Origin: a virus
Lineage: Duplodnaviria > Caudoviricetes
IMG/VR virus record: IMGVR_UViG_3300030376_003719
Span: 1-34,059 of that record
Reading direction: 5' to 3' (one strand)
Length of the DNA stretch: 34,059 nucleotides
In this document: piece after piece, positions 24,060 through 33,018 of the stretch
How the letters are laid out: every line of letters begins with the position of its first letter
Numbering within the stretch: the first letter of the stretch is position 1
Translations under genes and position numbers: made by a program
The notes under the pieces: generated by a model
What the model saw: the letters and a program-made list of their open reading frames with translations, nothing else
Told to the model about the DNA's origin: nothing
Databases searched by the model: none

Positions 24060-27000
24060 TGCTGCAACAAATCAAGTCACTGTTCAATCCCAAGGAATAC
24101 TTCAATTCCTCAATCCGGCTACTGGAGCGAGGTGGTCGGCATGGATCGACCAACCCTCCCTTCTCGTATCGGCACGCGGTACATGAGTTCCGGTCATGGG
24201 TCTACGCTGCCGCGATGATAAATGCCAACGCGGTTGCGGCCACTCCGCTTCGACTCTATGCGCGAAGGTCGGTTGGCAAGAAGGGACTGTGGCGAACCAG
24301 GCCGGTCAACCGAAAGCGTCTCGACTACCTGAACGGTGAGCTTGGCGGTGACCATGCCCCATCTCGCGCAGTCATGACCAAGATCATGGATCTCGGTGAT
24401 GACATGGAAGAGATCACCGAGATGCACCCGGTGAAGGAGCTGTTGCAGAAGGCCAACCACGTCTACAACGGCTTCGACCTCACAGTGCTGAGAACGCTCT
24501 ATCAGGAGTTGACCGGAAACGCATACTTGCACCCTGTCATGGACCAGCAGCTTGGCGTGCCTGTCGAGCTTTGGCCCATGCCAGCGCAGTGGATGCAAGT
24601 CATCCCATCCCGCGACAACTTCATCGAAGGCTACAGCTATGGCAGGACAGATGTCGAGGCTCTGCGCTTCGAGGTCGATGAGGTCATCCACTTCAAGCGA
24701 CCCAACCCCGACAACCTGTTCTATGGGTTGGGCAAGGTCGAAGCTGCGTATGGAACGGTGCAGGCTAATCGCGCAGTGCATGAGATGGACTTGGCGACAT
24801 TCGAGAACCACGCGAGGCCGGACTATGCGGTGATCGTGAAGGGTCCGCACAAGCGCACCGACCTCGACCTGTTCGAGCAGCATGTGTCCGAGCGTCTGCG
24901 CGGTACTCGCAAGGCTGGTCAGTTCCTCGCCATGTCTGGCGATGTCAACCTCATGCCGCTCAACTTCCCTCCAAAGGATCTCAGTGGTCGTGACGAGATT
25001 GTCGAAGAGATCGCTGCGGTGTTCGGCGTTCCTGTGTCGATGCTCAAGGCCAATGACCCGAACCTGGCATCTGCGCGTGCTGGCTTTGCTCAGTGGCGCG
25101 AGTCCACCATCCTGCCCATGCTCCGGATGGATGAGGACGTACTAAACCAAATCCTTCTGCCTATGTTTGGCATTGAGGAAGATGCCTGCCTTGCGTATGA
25201 CAACCCTGTCCCGGCTGACAAGGAGTATGAGCTTCGAGAGCGTCAGGCTGCTGTCGCTGGCGGGTGGCGCACTGCGAATGAAGCACGCAAGGAGGAAGGC
25301 AAGGAAGAGTTTGACGACGAGATGGCCGACGCACTCATGGTTGGCGGCCTGCCGCTCGGTGCTGCCGCGCAAATGGGTATGGGCATGGGCATGGGCATGG
25401 GTATGCCGCCAATGCCGATAGGCAACGGTGCGCCCTTGCCGCCAGGACCGGAAGAGGAAGCACCTGCACTGCCTGAAGCTGAAGAGGCACCAGTGCAGGA
25501 GCCAGAGGTTGCACAGAACTTTGCGCTCAATGGGGCGCAGATTTCCAGCATCGTCGAGGTCTTGCAGAACGTCGCGTCTGGCATCATCTCGCGTGACGCA
25601 GCCATCGAGGTCATTGTTGCTACTGGCGTAGGCCGAGAGCAGGCAGAGGCAATGGCAGTGAGCCAGCAGGAAGAAGCTGCTGCTCCAGTCGAGGCCGAGC
25701 AAATTGAGGACAAGGCTGTCGAACCCGGTGACATGGATCTTTACGACACAAGAGAAGAAGCTGAGGCTAGAGCAAGGGAGCTTGGTTGCGAAGGTGCCCA
25801 CGAACACGAGTTTGAGGACGGAACTGTCCAGTACATGCCATGTGGCGAAATGGACGAGTACACCGAGCTAACCGGGCTGGCACATGAAAAGGCCATCTCA
25901 GACGTTGACCTGAAGCCAACTGAGTCAATGGCAAACTTTGCCGAGCGAGGACTCAAGCTCAGGCAGGAACATGGCCGGGGCGGAACGGAGGTTGGGGTCG
26001 CCCGTGCGCGTGACCTCAAGAACAGGGACACGCTGTCACCGGAAACAGTGCGACGTATGCACTCGTTCTTCTCGCGTCACCGCGTAGACTTGCAGGCACC
26101 AGCGGCCAAGCCTGGACACAAGGAGTACCCATCAGCAGGTGTCATCGCTTGGCTGCTTTGGGGCGGGAACCCGGCCAACCCTGATGGTGGTGGTGCTGGG
26201 TGGGCAGCGCGTAAGGTCGAAGAGCTTGAGCGTTCTTCCAAGAGCTACACCAAAGCCAAGGGCGACAAGGAGCAGTCAACGCCTGCCAAGCCCAACGAGC
26301 GCGTCAGCGGCTCTGACCAAAACAAGCCGGGAAGCGCAGCCAACACACGCGGCGGCATCGAAATCTCAGAGTCTCAGGAGAAGGCTCTGAAGAACAAGGT
26401 TGAGGAACACAACGAAAAGCACGGCGACAAGAAGGGCAAGAAGGTGACCTTGGGTATGCTCAAGTCCGTGTATCGTCGCGGTGCTGGCGCGTTCTCAACG
26501 TCGCACCGTCCGGGTATGGGTAGACAGCAGTGGTCGATGGCTAGGGTCAATGCCTTCTTGCATCTGGTTCGCACTGGTAGCCCAAAAAACTCCAAGTACA
26601 CGACCGACAACGACCTGCTACCCAAGGGTCACCCGAAGAAGGGTGGGCAGTCAAAGAACTGTGGCACCGGAGCAGGTGGATTTCAAGCAGGCAACGATTG
26701 CGCCACTGGTCCAGGTAGTGCAGGTTCCAGCAATGGAGGCAAGGCCAGCAGCCCAAAGAAGGTCAACGACCTAGCACGCAAGATCCGTGAGGATGGCGGG
26801 TTCACATACAACCCGATGAACGACTCGGCACCAACCACAGGTTTTGCGGTTAGCCCGTTCAAGGAGCTTGAGATGGTTGTCGATGTCCAGAAGCCGGAAG
26901 GCATGGACGTTGCCAAGTACCGAGAGAACATCAGGCCCAAGTTGCGCGAGTACATCCAGAAGAACATTGAGCTTCTCGGTCGTGAGGGCGCACACCTTGG

Positions 27001-27148
27001 CGGCTGGTACGACAAGGACAACGGCAAGGTGTACATCGACATCTCGCTTGTCAGAGACAGCATTGAGGACGCAATGAAGATTGCCAAGGACAACGATCAG
27101 GAAGCCATCTTCAACCTCGAAACCTTTGAGACGATCAGCGCGAGGTAA
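24056..27148 (+). CDS. Portal protein (HK97-like, ~first 430 aa) with ~600 aa of appended modules
   Basis: HP..ELL, LTGNAY, EVIHFK.PNP...YGLG, EIAAVFGVP, TANEAR portal motifs; then low-complexity linker and several discrete domains; ATG alternative at 24059. Confidence 0.92.
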   Translation: MMLQQIKSLFNPKEYFNSSIRLLERGGRHGSTNPPFSYRHAVHEFRSWVYAAAMINANAVAATPLRLYARRSVGKKGLWRTRPVNRKRLDYLNGELGGDHAPSRAVMTKIMDLGDDMEEITEMHPVKELLQKANHVYNGFDLTVLRTLYQELTGNAYLHPVMDQQLGVPVELWPMPAQWMQVIPSRDNFIEGYSYGRTDVEALRFEVDEVIHFKRPNPDNLFYGLGKVEAAYGTVQANRAVHEMDLATFENHARPDYAVIVKGPHKRTDLDLFEQHVSERLRGTRKAGQFLAMSGDVNLMPLNFPPKDLSGRDEIVEEIAAVFGVPVSMLKANDPNLASARAGFAQWRESTILPMLRMDEDVLNQILLPMFGIEEDACLAYDNPVPADKEYELRERQAAVAGGWRTANEARKEEGKEEFDDEMADALMVGGLPLGAAAQMGMGMGMGMGMPPMPIGNGAPLPPGPEEEAPALPEAEEAPVQEPEVAQNFALNGAQISSIVEVLQNVASGIISRDAAIEVIVATGVGREQAEAMAVSQQEEAAAPVEAEQIEDKAVEPGDMDLYDTREEAEARARELGCEGAHEHEFEDGTVQYMPCGEMDEYTELTGLAHEKAISDVDLKPTESMANFAERGLKLRQEHGRGGTEVGVARARDLKNRDTLSPETVRRMHSFFSRHRVDLQAPAAKPGHKEYPSAGVIAWLLWGGNPANPDGGGAGWAARKVEELERSSKSYTKAKGDKEQSTPAKPNERVSGSDQNKPGSAANTRGGIEISESQEKALKNKVEEHNEKHGDKKGKKVTLGMLKSVYRRGAGAFSTSHRPGMGRQQWSMARVNAFLHLVRTGSPKNSKYTTDNDLLPKGHPKKGGQSKNCGTGAGGFQAGNDCATGPGSAGSSNGGKASSPKKVNDLARKIREDGGFTYNPMNDSAPTTGFAVSPFKELEMVVDVQKPEGMDVAKYRENIRPKLREYIQKNIELLGREGAHLGGWYDKDNGKVYIDISLVRDSIEDAMKIAKDNDQEAIFNLETFETISAR
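25373..25405 (+). repeat. ATGGGY hexamer repeat encoding (MG)5M linker
   Basis: ATGGGT ATGGGC ATGGGC ATGGGC ATGGGT ATG directly after the portal domain. Confidence 0.8.
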
Positions 27149-27150
27149 GC

Positions 27151-28524
27151 ATGACAAAGGTCAACATAGGCCCAAACTCATACATGGTGCTGGTCAAGGC
27201 CGAGGACTGCGGCACTGGTGCTGGTGGCTTCAAGCCTGGCAACAGTTGTGCAGAGGGAAGAGGCGGCGCGGGTACTGCTGAAAAAGAAAAGCCAAAGACT
27301 GAACGCCAAAGAAGAAAAGAAGAACAGCGCGAAGCTAGAACGCAAAAACAAAAAGCAGAGATCGACAAAAAGCTCAAGTCAATGGACGATCAAGGCATTG
27401 AGGCAAACAGCAATGCCTTTGGAAAAGTTGATACAAGCCAAGAAAACCTAGACCGCTACAACAACTACAGCAACGAAGAAAATGCAGTCAGATACCTTGG
27501 TGGACCCGCGCCAGGTGACCCAAGGGAAATGCTGTTGACCGACGAGGCGAAGGCTCGATACATCAAGGCATACGATGAGGTTTCTGAGTACACAGGCACA
27601 TGGGACGAATACGACAAGCTGATGACCTTGACACCAGAAGGTGAAGACAGACTTTCTGGGGACATACTCAATCAAATGGACGCAGCATCAAACGAGATTA
27701 GCGAGGTGCTTGTTGGAGCAGAAAGGCATTTGCTCGAACAAGGTATCCACGTTGACGGAAGCGATATGCGCGACTTTGTTGTTCAGTATGTACGAGATGA
27801 CATATTTGCACAGCACCAAAGGTCTAGGTTTGGGGACAATAGCAGGACCACACTTGACGTAAGCGGGTATACCGCAACCGCAGCATCAGCAGTAGCGACA
27901 TATGTATCTATAGCCGATGCAAAATCCATAATTGAAGATAGGTACAGAAGCAGCGGTGCCGACCTTCCAGACTTTTCTGACACAAAGTTTGTTGTGGCTC
28001 ACGAAAAATCCACCAACGATGATGGTCGGCCAACAAGAGAAGCAACAGCTTTGAGCGGCGGAGCTATGGGATACTACAACTCGACAACAGGAAACGTGAC
28101 TATTGACGCAGCAGACTACAACAGAGTTTCCCGTCCTGGCTGGCTAAAAGGGTCAGGCGGCAACGGTGCTATGGGGTTTGTTGTTCACGAAATCGGCCAT
28201 GCGCTACACCACAGAAAACTGATGGAAACGGCTGACACATCTACTAAAGGGCCAGACTATACATCTGGAAAGACCAAGTTTCCTTCTTTTGGTTTTCATA
28301 GCTTGGCTGAGAGCAGAACCAAAGTTGCTAGGAACCAAGCAAATCTAAGTGAGTCAGAATGGCGCGACAAATGGTCTTCTACATTCCGCAAGGTTGGCGA
28401 CTACGGCGCAACAAATGAAAAAGAGTTTGTTGCCGAGGCGTTTGCAATGAAGGTTTTGCGCCCAGATGTGTGGGATGAACTCGATGATGTCCGCGAACTC
28501 TACGATTTGCTGGAGGGTCCGTGA
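27151..28524 (+). CDS. Zincin metallopeptidase-domain protein 1 (lethal-factor/MPTase-like)
   Basis: GYYN, HEIGH (28186), YGATNEKEFVAEAFA; N-terminal CGTGAGGFKPGNSCA tag. Confidence 0.8.
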   Translation: MTKVNIGPNSYMVLVKAEDCGTGAGGFKPGNSCAEGRGGAGTAEKEKPKTERQRRKEEQREARTQKQKAEIDKKLKSMDDQGIEANSNAFGKVDTSQENLDRYNNYSNEENAVRYLGGPAPGDPREMLLTDEAKARYIKAYDEVSEYTGTWDEYDKLMTLTPEGEDRLSGDILNQMDAASNEISEVLVGAERHLLEQGIHVDGSDMRDFVVQYVRDDIFAQHQRSRFGDNSRTTLDVSGYTATAASAVATYVSIADAKSIIEDRYRSSGADLPDFSDTKFVVAHEKSTNDDGRPTREATALSGGAMGYYNSTTGNVTIDAADYNRVSRPGWLKGSGGNGAMGFVVHEIGHALHHRKLMETADTSTKGPDYTSGKTKFPSFGFHSLAESRTKVARNQANLSESEWRDKWSSTFRKVGDYGATNEKEFVAEAFAMKVLRPDVWDELDDVRELYDLLEGP

Positions 28525-30163
28525 TGGCTCAAGTAGCATTGCCAGAAACCAAAGATGACATTGATGAGTACCTTGACTTGTATGCAAGAGCGCAAGAGGC
28601 AATGTTAGGCGAGTCTCCAGACAAAAAAGAAATGGCGCGGGTTCGGGATCTTGTTGAAGAAGCACTAGGCGACAACAAAGGCAAGTCCTACACCGTCACC
28701 CTCAAAGCATCTGACTGCGGCGCACACGGCGGACCTGGTGGTGGCTTTACTTCTGGCAACAGTTGTGCAGAGGGTAGGGGTCAGCCTGCCAGTGACGACG
28801 GAACGGTTGTGCAGGTTCAGAAACCAAAAACCCCACACCATCAAGCGTTGGAAAATCAACGCAAGAGAAGGCAGGAAAACAACGACAAAGAAGCCAAGCG
28901 ACGGGCGCGACACCTCAAAGACATTGGCATCAAAGAGGTAGACGAGCCGTTTGGTGCGGTTGATGACAGTCCAGAAAACGTCAAGAGGTTTGAAGATCAC
29001 ACAGAATCACTTGCGTCAATGGGCAAGCTGCACCCAGACGACCCAGACTACGTTGTGTTCACAGACGATTCTAAAGCGTTGTACCTGAAGAGCTACGACG
29101 TAGCCGATGATGCAGTTGAAGCCATGTTCCCGGATTATCCTGAGTTGATGGAAGATGGTGTCATTGCAGGCGACAAGGAACATGCTGCAATCAGAAGAAA
29201 GCAAGCAGAAGAAGTGGGACGCAAGCTGCAAGAAGTCATACAGGGGGCAAACCTGCACCTTGCTGAAAATGGCACGCAAGTCTTGGACCAAACAGCAACC
29301 GCGATGTATGAGTACGCCAAAGAGCAACTCAACAAGTCAAACAGCAAAGAGTCTGTCGAAAAGGTCAAGCGCAAGTTGGCCGAAAGCCTTGCCACAAGCG
29401 CGGCAATCCCTGAAGCGCAAAAGCGCATTGGTGAAGCAATGCGAAAGTCAGGTCAAAAATTGCCAGACTACAGTGACCTGATTTTTACTGTGACAAACAA
29501 AAGCGCAAAAGACTACAACAACCTACCGACCAAGGCAGCAGAGAGAGTGCGTGGCGGTGTGTTCGGGCTTTACAACTCAAGCACAGGGCAAATCACTCTT
29601 GACTCGGATGACGGGTACACCACTATGTTTGAGGGTTGGGCTGTTGGGTCCGAAAAGTTTGGTCCAGTTGGCAACACAGTGCATGAGATAGCGCACCAGC
29701 TACACCACAGAAAGCTGATGAACAAATACAGCAACAATCGTTCTGCAAACTCTCGAGACATCACACAGGCTGGCAATCGTGCGTCTAGTATGAACTTCTC
29801 TAAACTTATGAGGAAGCACCTGACACGCAAAAGTGATCGTCTGGATTTGGGTGATCCATACGACAAGAACGACAAGTTTCAAGGCAAGTACAGTAGCATT
29901 CAGGCCAAAGTCGGCAGGTACGGCATGACGAACTACAAAGAGTTTGTGGCCGAGGCTTTTGCAATCAAGGTCTTGCAGCCAGACTTGTGGGATGAACTCG
30001 ATGATGTCCGCGAACTCTATGATATCTGTGAGGGACCATAATGGCTCAGGTTGTACTTCCCGAAACAAAAGAAGACATTGACGAGTACCTTGAGGAATAC
30101 GACAGAGCGCAAAAGGAAATGTCAGGCGAGGCACCGGACAAAGAAGAAATGGCGCGGGTTCGG
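28469..30163 (+). repeat. Direct repeats marking a 1517-bp tandem duplication
   Basis: 34-bp identity 28469-28502 = 29986-30019; 20-bp identity 28627-28646 = 30144-30163; same offset. Confidence 0.9.
28521..30041 (+). CDS. Zincin metallopeptidase-domain protein 2 with N-terminal small acidic domain
   Basis: GLYN, HEIAH (29682), YGMTNYKEFVAEAFA; paralogue of the upstream gene; residues 1-49 match the downstream 69-aa ORF. Confidence 0.8.
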   Translation: MMAQVALPETKDDIDEYLDLYARAQEAMLGESPDKKEMARVRDLVEEALGDNKGKSYTVTLKASDCGAHGGPGGGFTSGNSCAEGRGQPASDDGTVVQVQKPKTPHHQALENQRKRRQENNDKEAKRRARHLKDIGIKEVDEPFGAVDDSPENVKRFEDHTESLASMGKLHPDDPDYVVFTDDSKALYLKSYDVADDAVEAMFPDYPELMEDGVIAGDKEHAAIRRKQAEEVGRKLQEVIQGANLHLAENGTQVLDQTATAMYEYAKEQLNKSNSKESVEKVKRKLAESLATSAAIPEAQKRIGEAMRKSGQKLPDYSDLIFTVTNKSAKDYNNLPTKAAERVRGGVFGLYNSSTGQITLDSDDGYTTMFEGWAVGSEKFGPVGNTVHEIAHQLHHRKLMNKYSNNRSANSRDITQAGNRASSMNFSKLMRKHLTRKSDRLDLGDPYDKNDKFQGKYSSIQAKVGRYGMTNYKEFVAEAFAIKVLQPDLWDELDDVRELYDICEGP

Positions 30164-30250
30164 CAGCTTGTAGAAGAGGCAGTCAGTCTCAGCAACAAGG
30201 ACTCCAAAAAGATCACACTGACCACAGAGGACAACGATGAGCAATCTTGA
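30041..30250 (+). CDS. Small acidic helical protein (peptidase partner candidate)
   Basis: MAQVVLPETKEDIDEYL...EMARVRQLVEEA, coupled to the peptidase stop. Confidence 0.7.
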   Translation: MAQVVLPETKEDIDEYLEEYDRAQKEMSGEAPDKEEMARVRQLVEEAVSLSNKDSKKITLTTEDNDEQS

Positions 30251-31307
30251 ACACTTCAACCTGGGTCCAGTGTCGGACGTAGACCCCGATGTGCTGACCG
30301 ATCAGATTCTTGATGCGCTTGGCCTGTACATTGAAGATGACGCGCAGCCAGAAAAAACGAACAAGGCACTGGACAGCCTGACAGACCTCATGCAGAAAGT
30401 CGCCGAGGGCAAGCTCACTGCGTCTGCCGCTATCTCGATCACCAAGTCCGCTGGCTTGCATGACGCGGATGTCGAGGATGCCATCATTGCTCAAAGCGTG
30501 ATTGGCAGGCGGGCCATTGCTAAGGCTTTGGCTACTGAAGAGGAAGAAGAAGATGTGATGAGCGTCGGGTTGCCTATGCGGCGACGATTGCTCAACCAAC
30601 TCGACCTCAACGGAGATGGCATAGTTACCTCTGAAGACTTCAACGTGTTGCTGGGCAACTTCGGCTCAAGCGGTGTGGGCGACCTCAACGGAGACGGAAT
30701 TGTGAACGGGCTTGACTTTGGCTTGTTCACCAGTTTGTTGGGACAATACGGCGGATATGATGATCCTGTAGAAAAGGAAGAAGAAGAGAAAGAAGAAGAA
30801 GGCGAACAGGAAGAAGAGAGCGACCCAAACCAGGATGTCTTCGATCAGATGGATGCGGACGGCGACGGGACGATCAGCCAGGATGAATGGCGAGACTATC
30901 GTCAGATCATGCGCGACATTCGAGATGGAGAACTTCCATACGACCCAGCGTATGACCTCAACGGCGACGGCGTAGTAAACAATCAAGACATCGATATTGC
31001 ACAGAACATTCGGGAAGGCGGCAGTCCTTTACGCAAGCTGGAGCATCAGAAAGAGGTTGATATGATTCTTGATGCGGTGCTTGACGAAAAGAAGCCCGAT
31101 TTCGATGAAAAGACCGGCATTGAAATCGCCGGATTGCTTAGTCAAACCTTGGGTACGCAGTTTGCAATTGTTGATCGGGTTCGGCGTGCTATTTATGGAC
31201 GAACAAATGCTGACAAGGACAAGCCAGGAAGAGGACCAGCAAGTGTCACGTCAGACGCTGGAGGTCCATTGGGTTCAGGAACCACGCCAGGAGGCGGTGG
31301 CGGATGA
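30237..31307 (+). CDS. Acidic protein with dockerin/EF-hand Ca-binding repeats
   Basis: DLNGDGIVTSEDF, DLNGDGIVNGLDF, DADGDGTISQDEW, DLNGDGVVNNQDI. Confidence 0.75.
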   Translation: MSNLEHFNLGPVSDVDPDVLTDQILDALGLYIEDDAQPEKTNKALDSLTDLMQKVAEGKLTASAAISITKSAGLHDADVEDAIIAQSVIGRRAIAKALATEEEEEDVMSVGLPMRRRLLNQLDLNGDGIVTSEDFNVLLGNFGSSGVGDLNGDGIVNGLDFGLFTSLLGQYGGYDDPVEKEEEEKEEEGEQEEESDPNQDVFDQMDADGDGTISQDEWRDYRQIMRDIRDGELPYDPAYDLNGDGVVNNQDIDIAQNIREGGSPLRKLEHQKEVDMILDAVLDEKKPDFDEKTGIEIAGLLSQTLGTQFAIVDRVRRAIYGRTNADKDKPGRGPASVTSDAGGPLGSGTTPGGGGG

Positions 31308-32191
31308 GTGGCTGCGGTTGCAACCTTCACAAAAAGGGCTTGGTGATAAACCAGTCCGATTTGGACATATCTGAAGCGCACACCAAGGCTCTTGGTGAGC
31401 TTGATCCGCTTGGGTTCTTGTCTGGCAGCAAGTTCGTTGGCTACGAAAGAATGCTGTTTGAATGGCTTCGTGGAAGAATCCTGAACGCCGCCAACATCAT
31501 CTTCGAGCAAGAACACCCCTCCGCACAGGCTATGGGTGAAGCTCTGATACGAAGCCTTTTTGATGCTACAGACTTTGCACCAAAGGAGTTGCGTGATTTT
31601 CTTGAGGTGCAGATCGAGAGCGGTATCAAGATGGGGGCAGCGGAACTTGGGCCTGAGTTCAAGCCAGAAATTACTTTGCCTGATATTGAGCAGACAGTAG
31701 ATCGTCAGGTCCAGCAGTTCACGGCAATCGGCAACCATGCAGCCAAGACCGAGCTTGGAAAGATAATTGCTCAGGGACTGAAAAACGGCGACACCATCAA
31801 CGACATGACCAAGCGCATCCAAGCGTGGGCCAGATCGAATGGAGACATGGATCGTGCGTTGAGGTCAAGGGCAAGAACTATCGCCAGAACTGAGTCGTCA
31901 AGGTCGCTTGTTTCTGGTCAGATCGAATCTTGGAAAGCCTCCGGTGTTGTCTCTGAAATGGAATGGGTTCTTGCCCCCAACGCATGTCAGTTTTGTCGAG
32001 CTTTGTATCAGCGAGGCAAGGCAAGGGTGCCACTTGGCAAGCCTGGTGATCCTGATGTGCCATTCCTGCCTTTCCCAACCACCTTGCTAGGTACGCAAGG
32101 CGGACGGATGAAGCTAGACTATCGACCAATCACCGGACCGCCATTGCACCCTAATTGCCGATGCGCTCTAAAGCCCATTGTTGAACTATGA
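31304..32191 (+). CDS. MuF / SPP1 gp7-like minor head protein
   Basis: RARTIARTE, CQFC, PPLHPNCRC. Confidence 0.9.
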   Translation: MSGCGCNLHKKGLVINQSDLDISEAHTKALGELDPLGFLSGSKFVGYERMLFEWLRGRILNAANIIFEQEHPSAQAMGEALIRSLFDATDFAPKELRDFLEVQIESGIKMGAAELGPEFKPEITLPDIEQTVDRQVQQFTAIGNHAAKTELGKIIAQGLKNGDTINDMTKRIQAWARSNGDMDRALRSRARTIARTESSRSLVSGQIESWKASGVVSEMEWVLAPNACQFCRALYQRGKARVPLGKPGDPDVPFLPFPTTLLGTQGGRMKLDYRPITGPPLHPNCRCALKPIVEL

Positions 32192-32213
32192 ACAGATACA
32201 GTAGAAAACGCCG

Positions 32214-32912
32214 ATGAATAACAGCATGAAGAACATGAAGCGGAAAACCCTGACGGCATCAGTCGAAGACACCAGCCCAAAGGGTGTGGTTGCGAAGCTG
32301 ACCACCGATTCGGTTGACAGAGATGGCGAGATGCTGGTGCCGCAGGGCATGAACTCCAAGGAGTACGAGCAGAACCCGGTCTTGTTCTACAACCACGACT
32401 ACGCTAACCCCATTGGGACTGTCAGCAACATCAAGAGAGGTGACCGGGATGTGCTTGGAACCCTGAAGTTCGCGCAGCGTCCAGAGGGCTATCAAGGCGA
32501 CTTCTTCCCTGAGTTCGTCGAGGCTCTGGTCAAGCAAGGAATCATCAAGGGTGTGTCTGTGGGGTTCGTGCCGGAGAACGGCGGATCTCGCATGGCGACC
32601 AAGGGAGACATGAGCAAGTATGGGGGAGGAATCAAGCGGGTCTACAACAAGTGGAAGCTGCTTGAAGTGTCGATCGCACCCTTGCCAGCCAATCAAGATG
32701 CCTTGATCTCTGCTGTCGGCAAGGGGCTGGTCACCAGGGCACAGGTGAAGTCCTTCTTGAACGTGAATGTGCCCCAAATCAAAAACCGTATCACTCTCAG
32801 AAGTCGTCGCAGAATCATGCTGACTGAAACTCCTGACGTGAACCATGAACAAGAAATACAGAAATCAGTGGCGCGGGCAATAGCTCGAAGCCGAGGACAA
32901 CTGTACATCTGA
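32214..32912 (+). CDS. HK97-type prohead maturation protease
   Basis: VDRDGE, PVLFYNHD (His), GVSVGF (Ser), LLEVSIAPLPANQDA. Confidence 0.92.
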   Translation: MNNSMKNMKRKTLTASVEDTSPKGVVAKLTTDSVDRDGEMLVPQGMNSKEYEQNPVLFYNHDYANPIGTVSNIKRGDRDVLGTLKFAQRPEGYQGDFFPEFVEALVKQGIIKGVSVGFVPENGGSRMATKGDMSKYGGGIKRVYNKWKLLEVSIAPLPANQDALISAVGKGLVTRAQVKSFLNVNVPQIKNRITLRSRRRIMLTETPDVNHEQEIQKSVARAIARSRGQLYI

Positions 32913-33018
32913 ATGTGACTGCGTGCTTTCTGGCCGAGCCGATGGATAGATTCCGAGCGGATGCGCGAGACAAAAAAGCCAAGCGGTGTAGACAACAACC
33001 ACTTCTAGGAAACCAACA

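Noticed and set aside
32913-33018. Structured element upstream of the capsid gene
   Set aside because: Only short, weak pairings seen; cannot support a call
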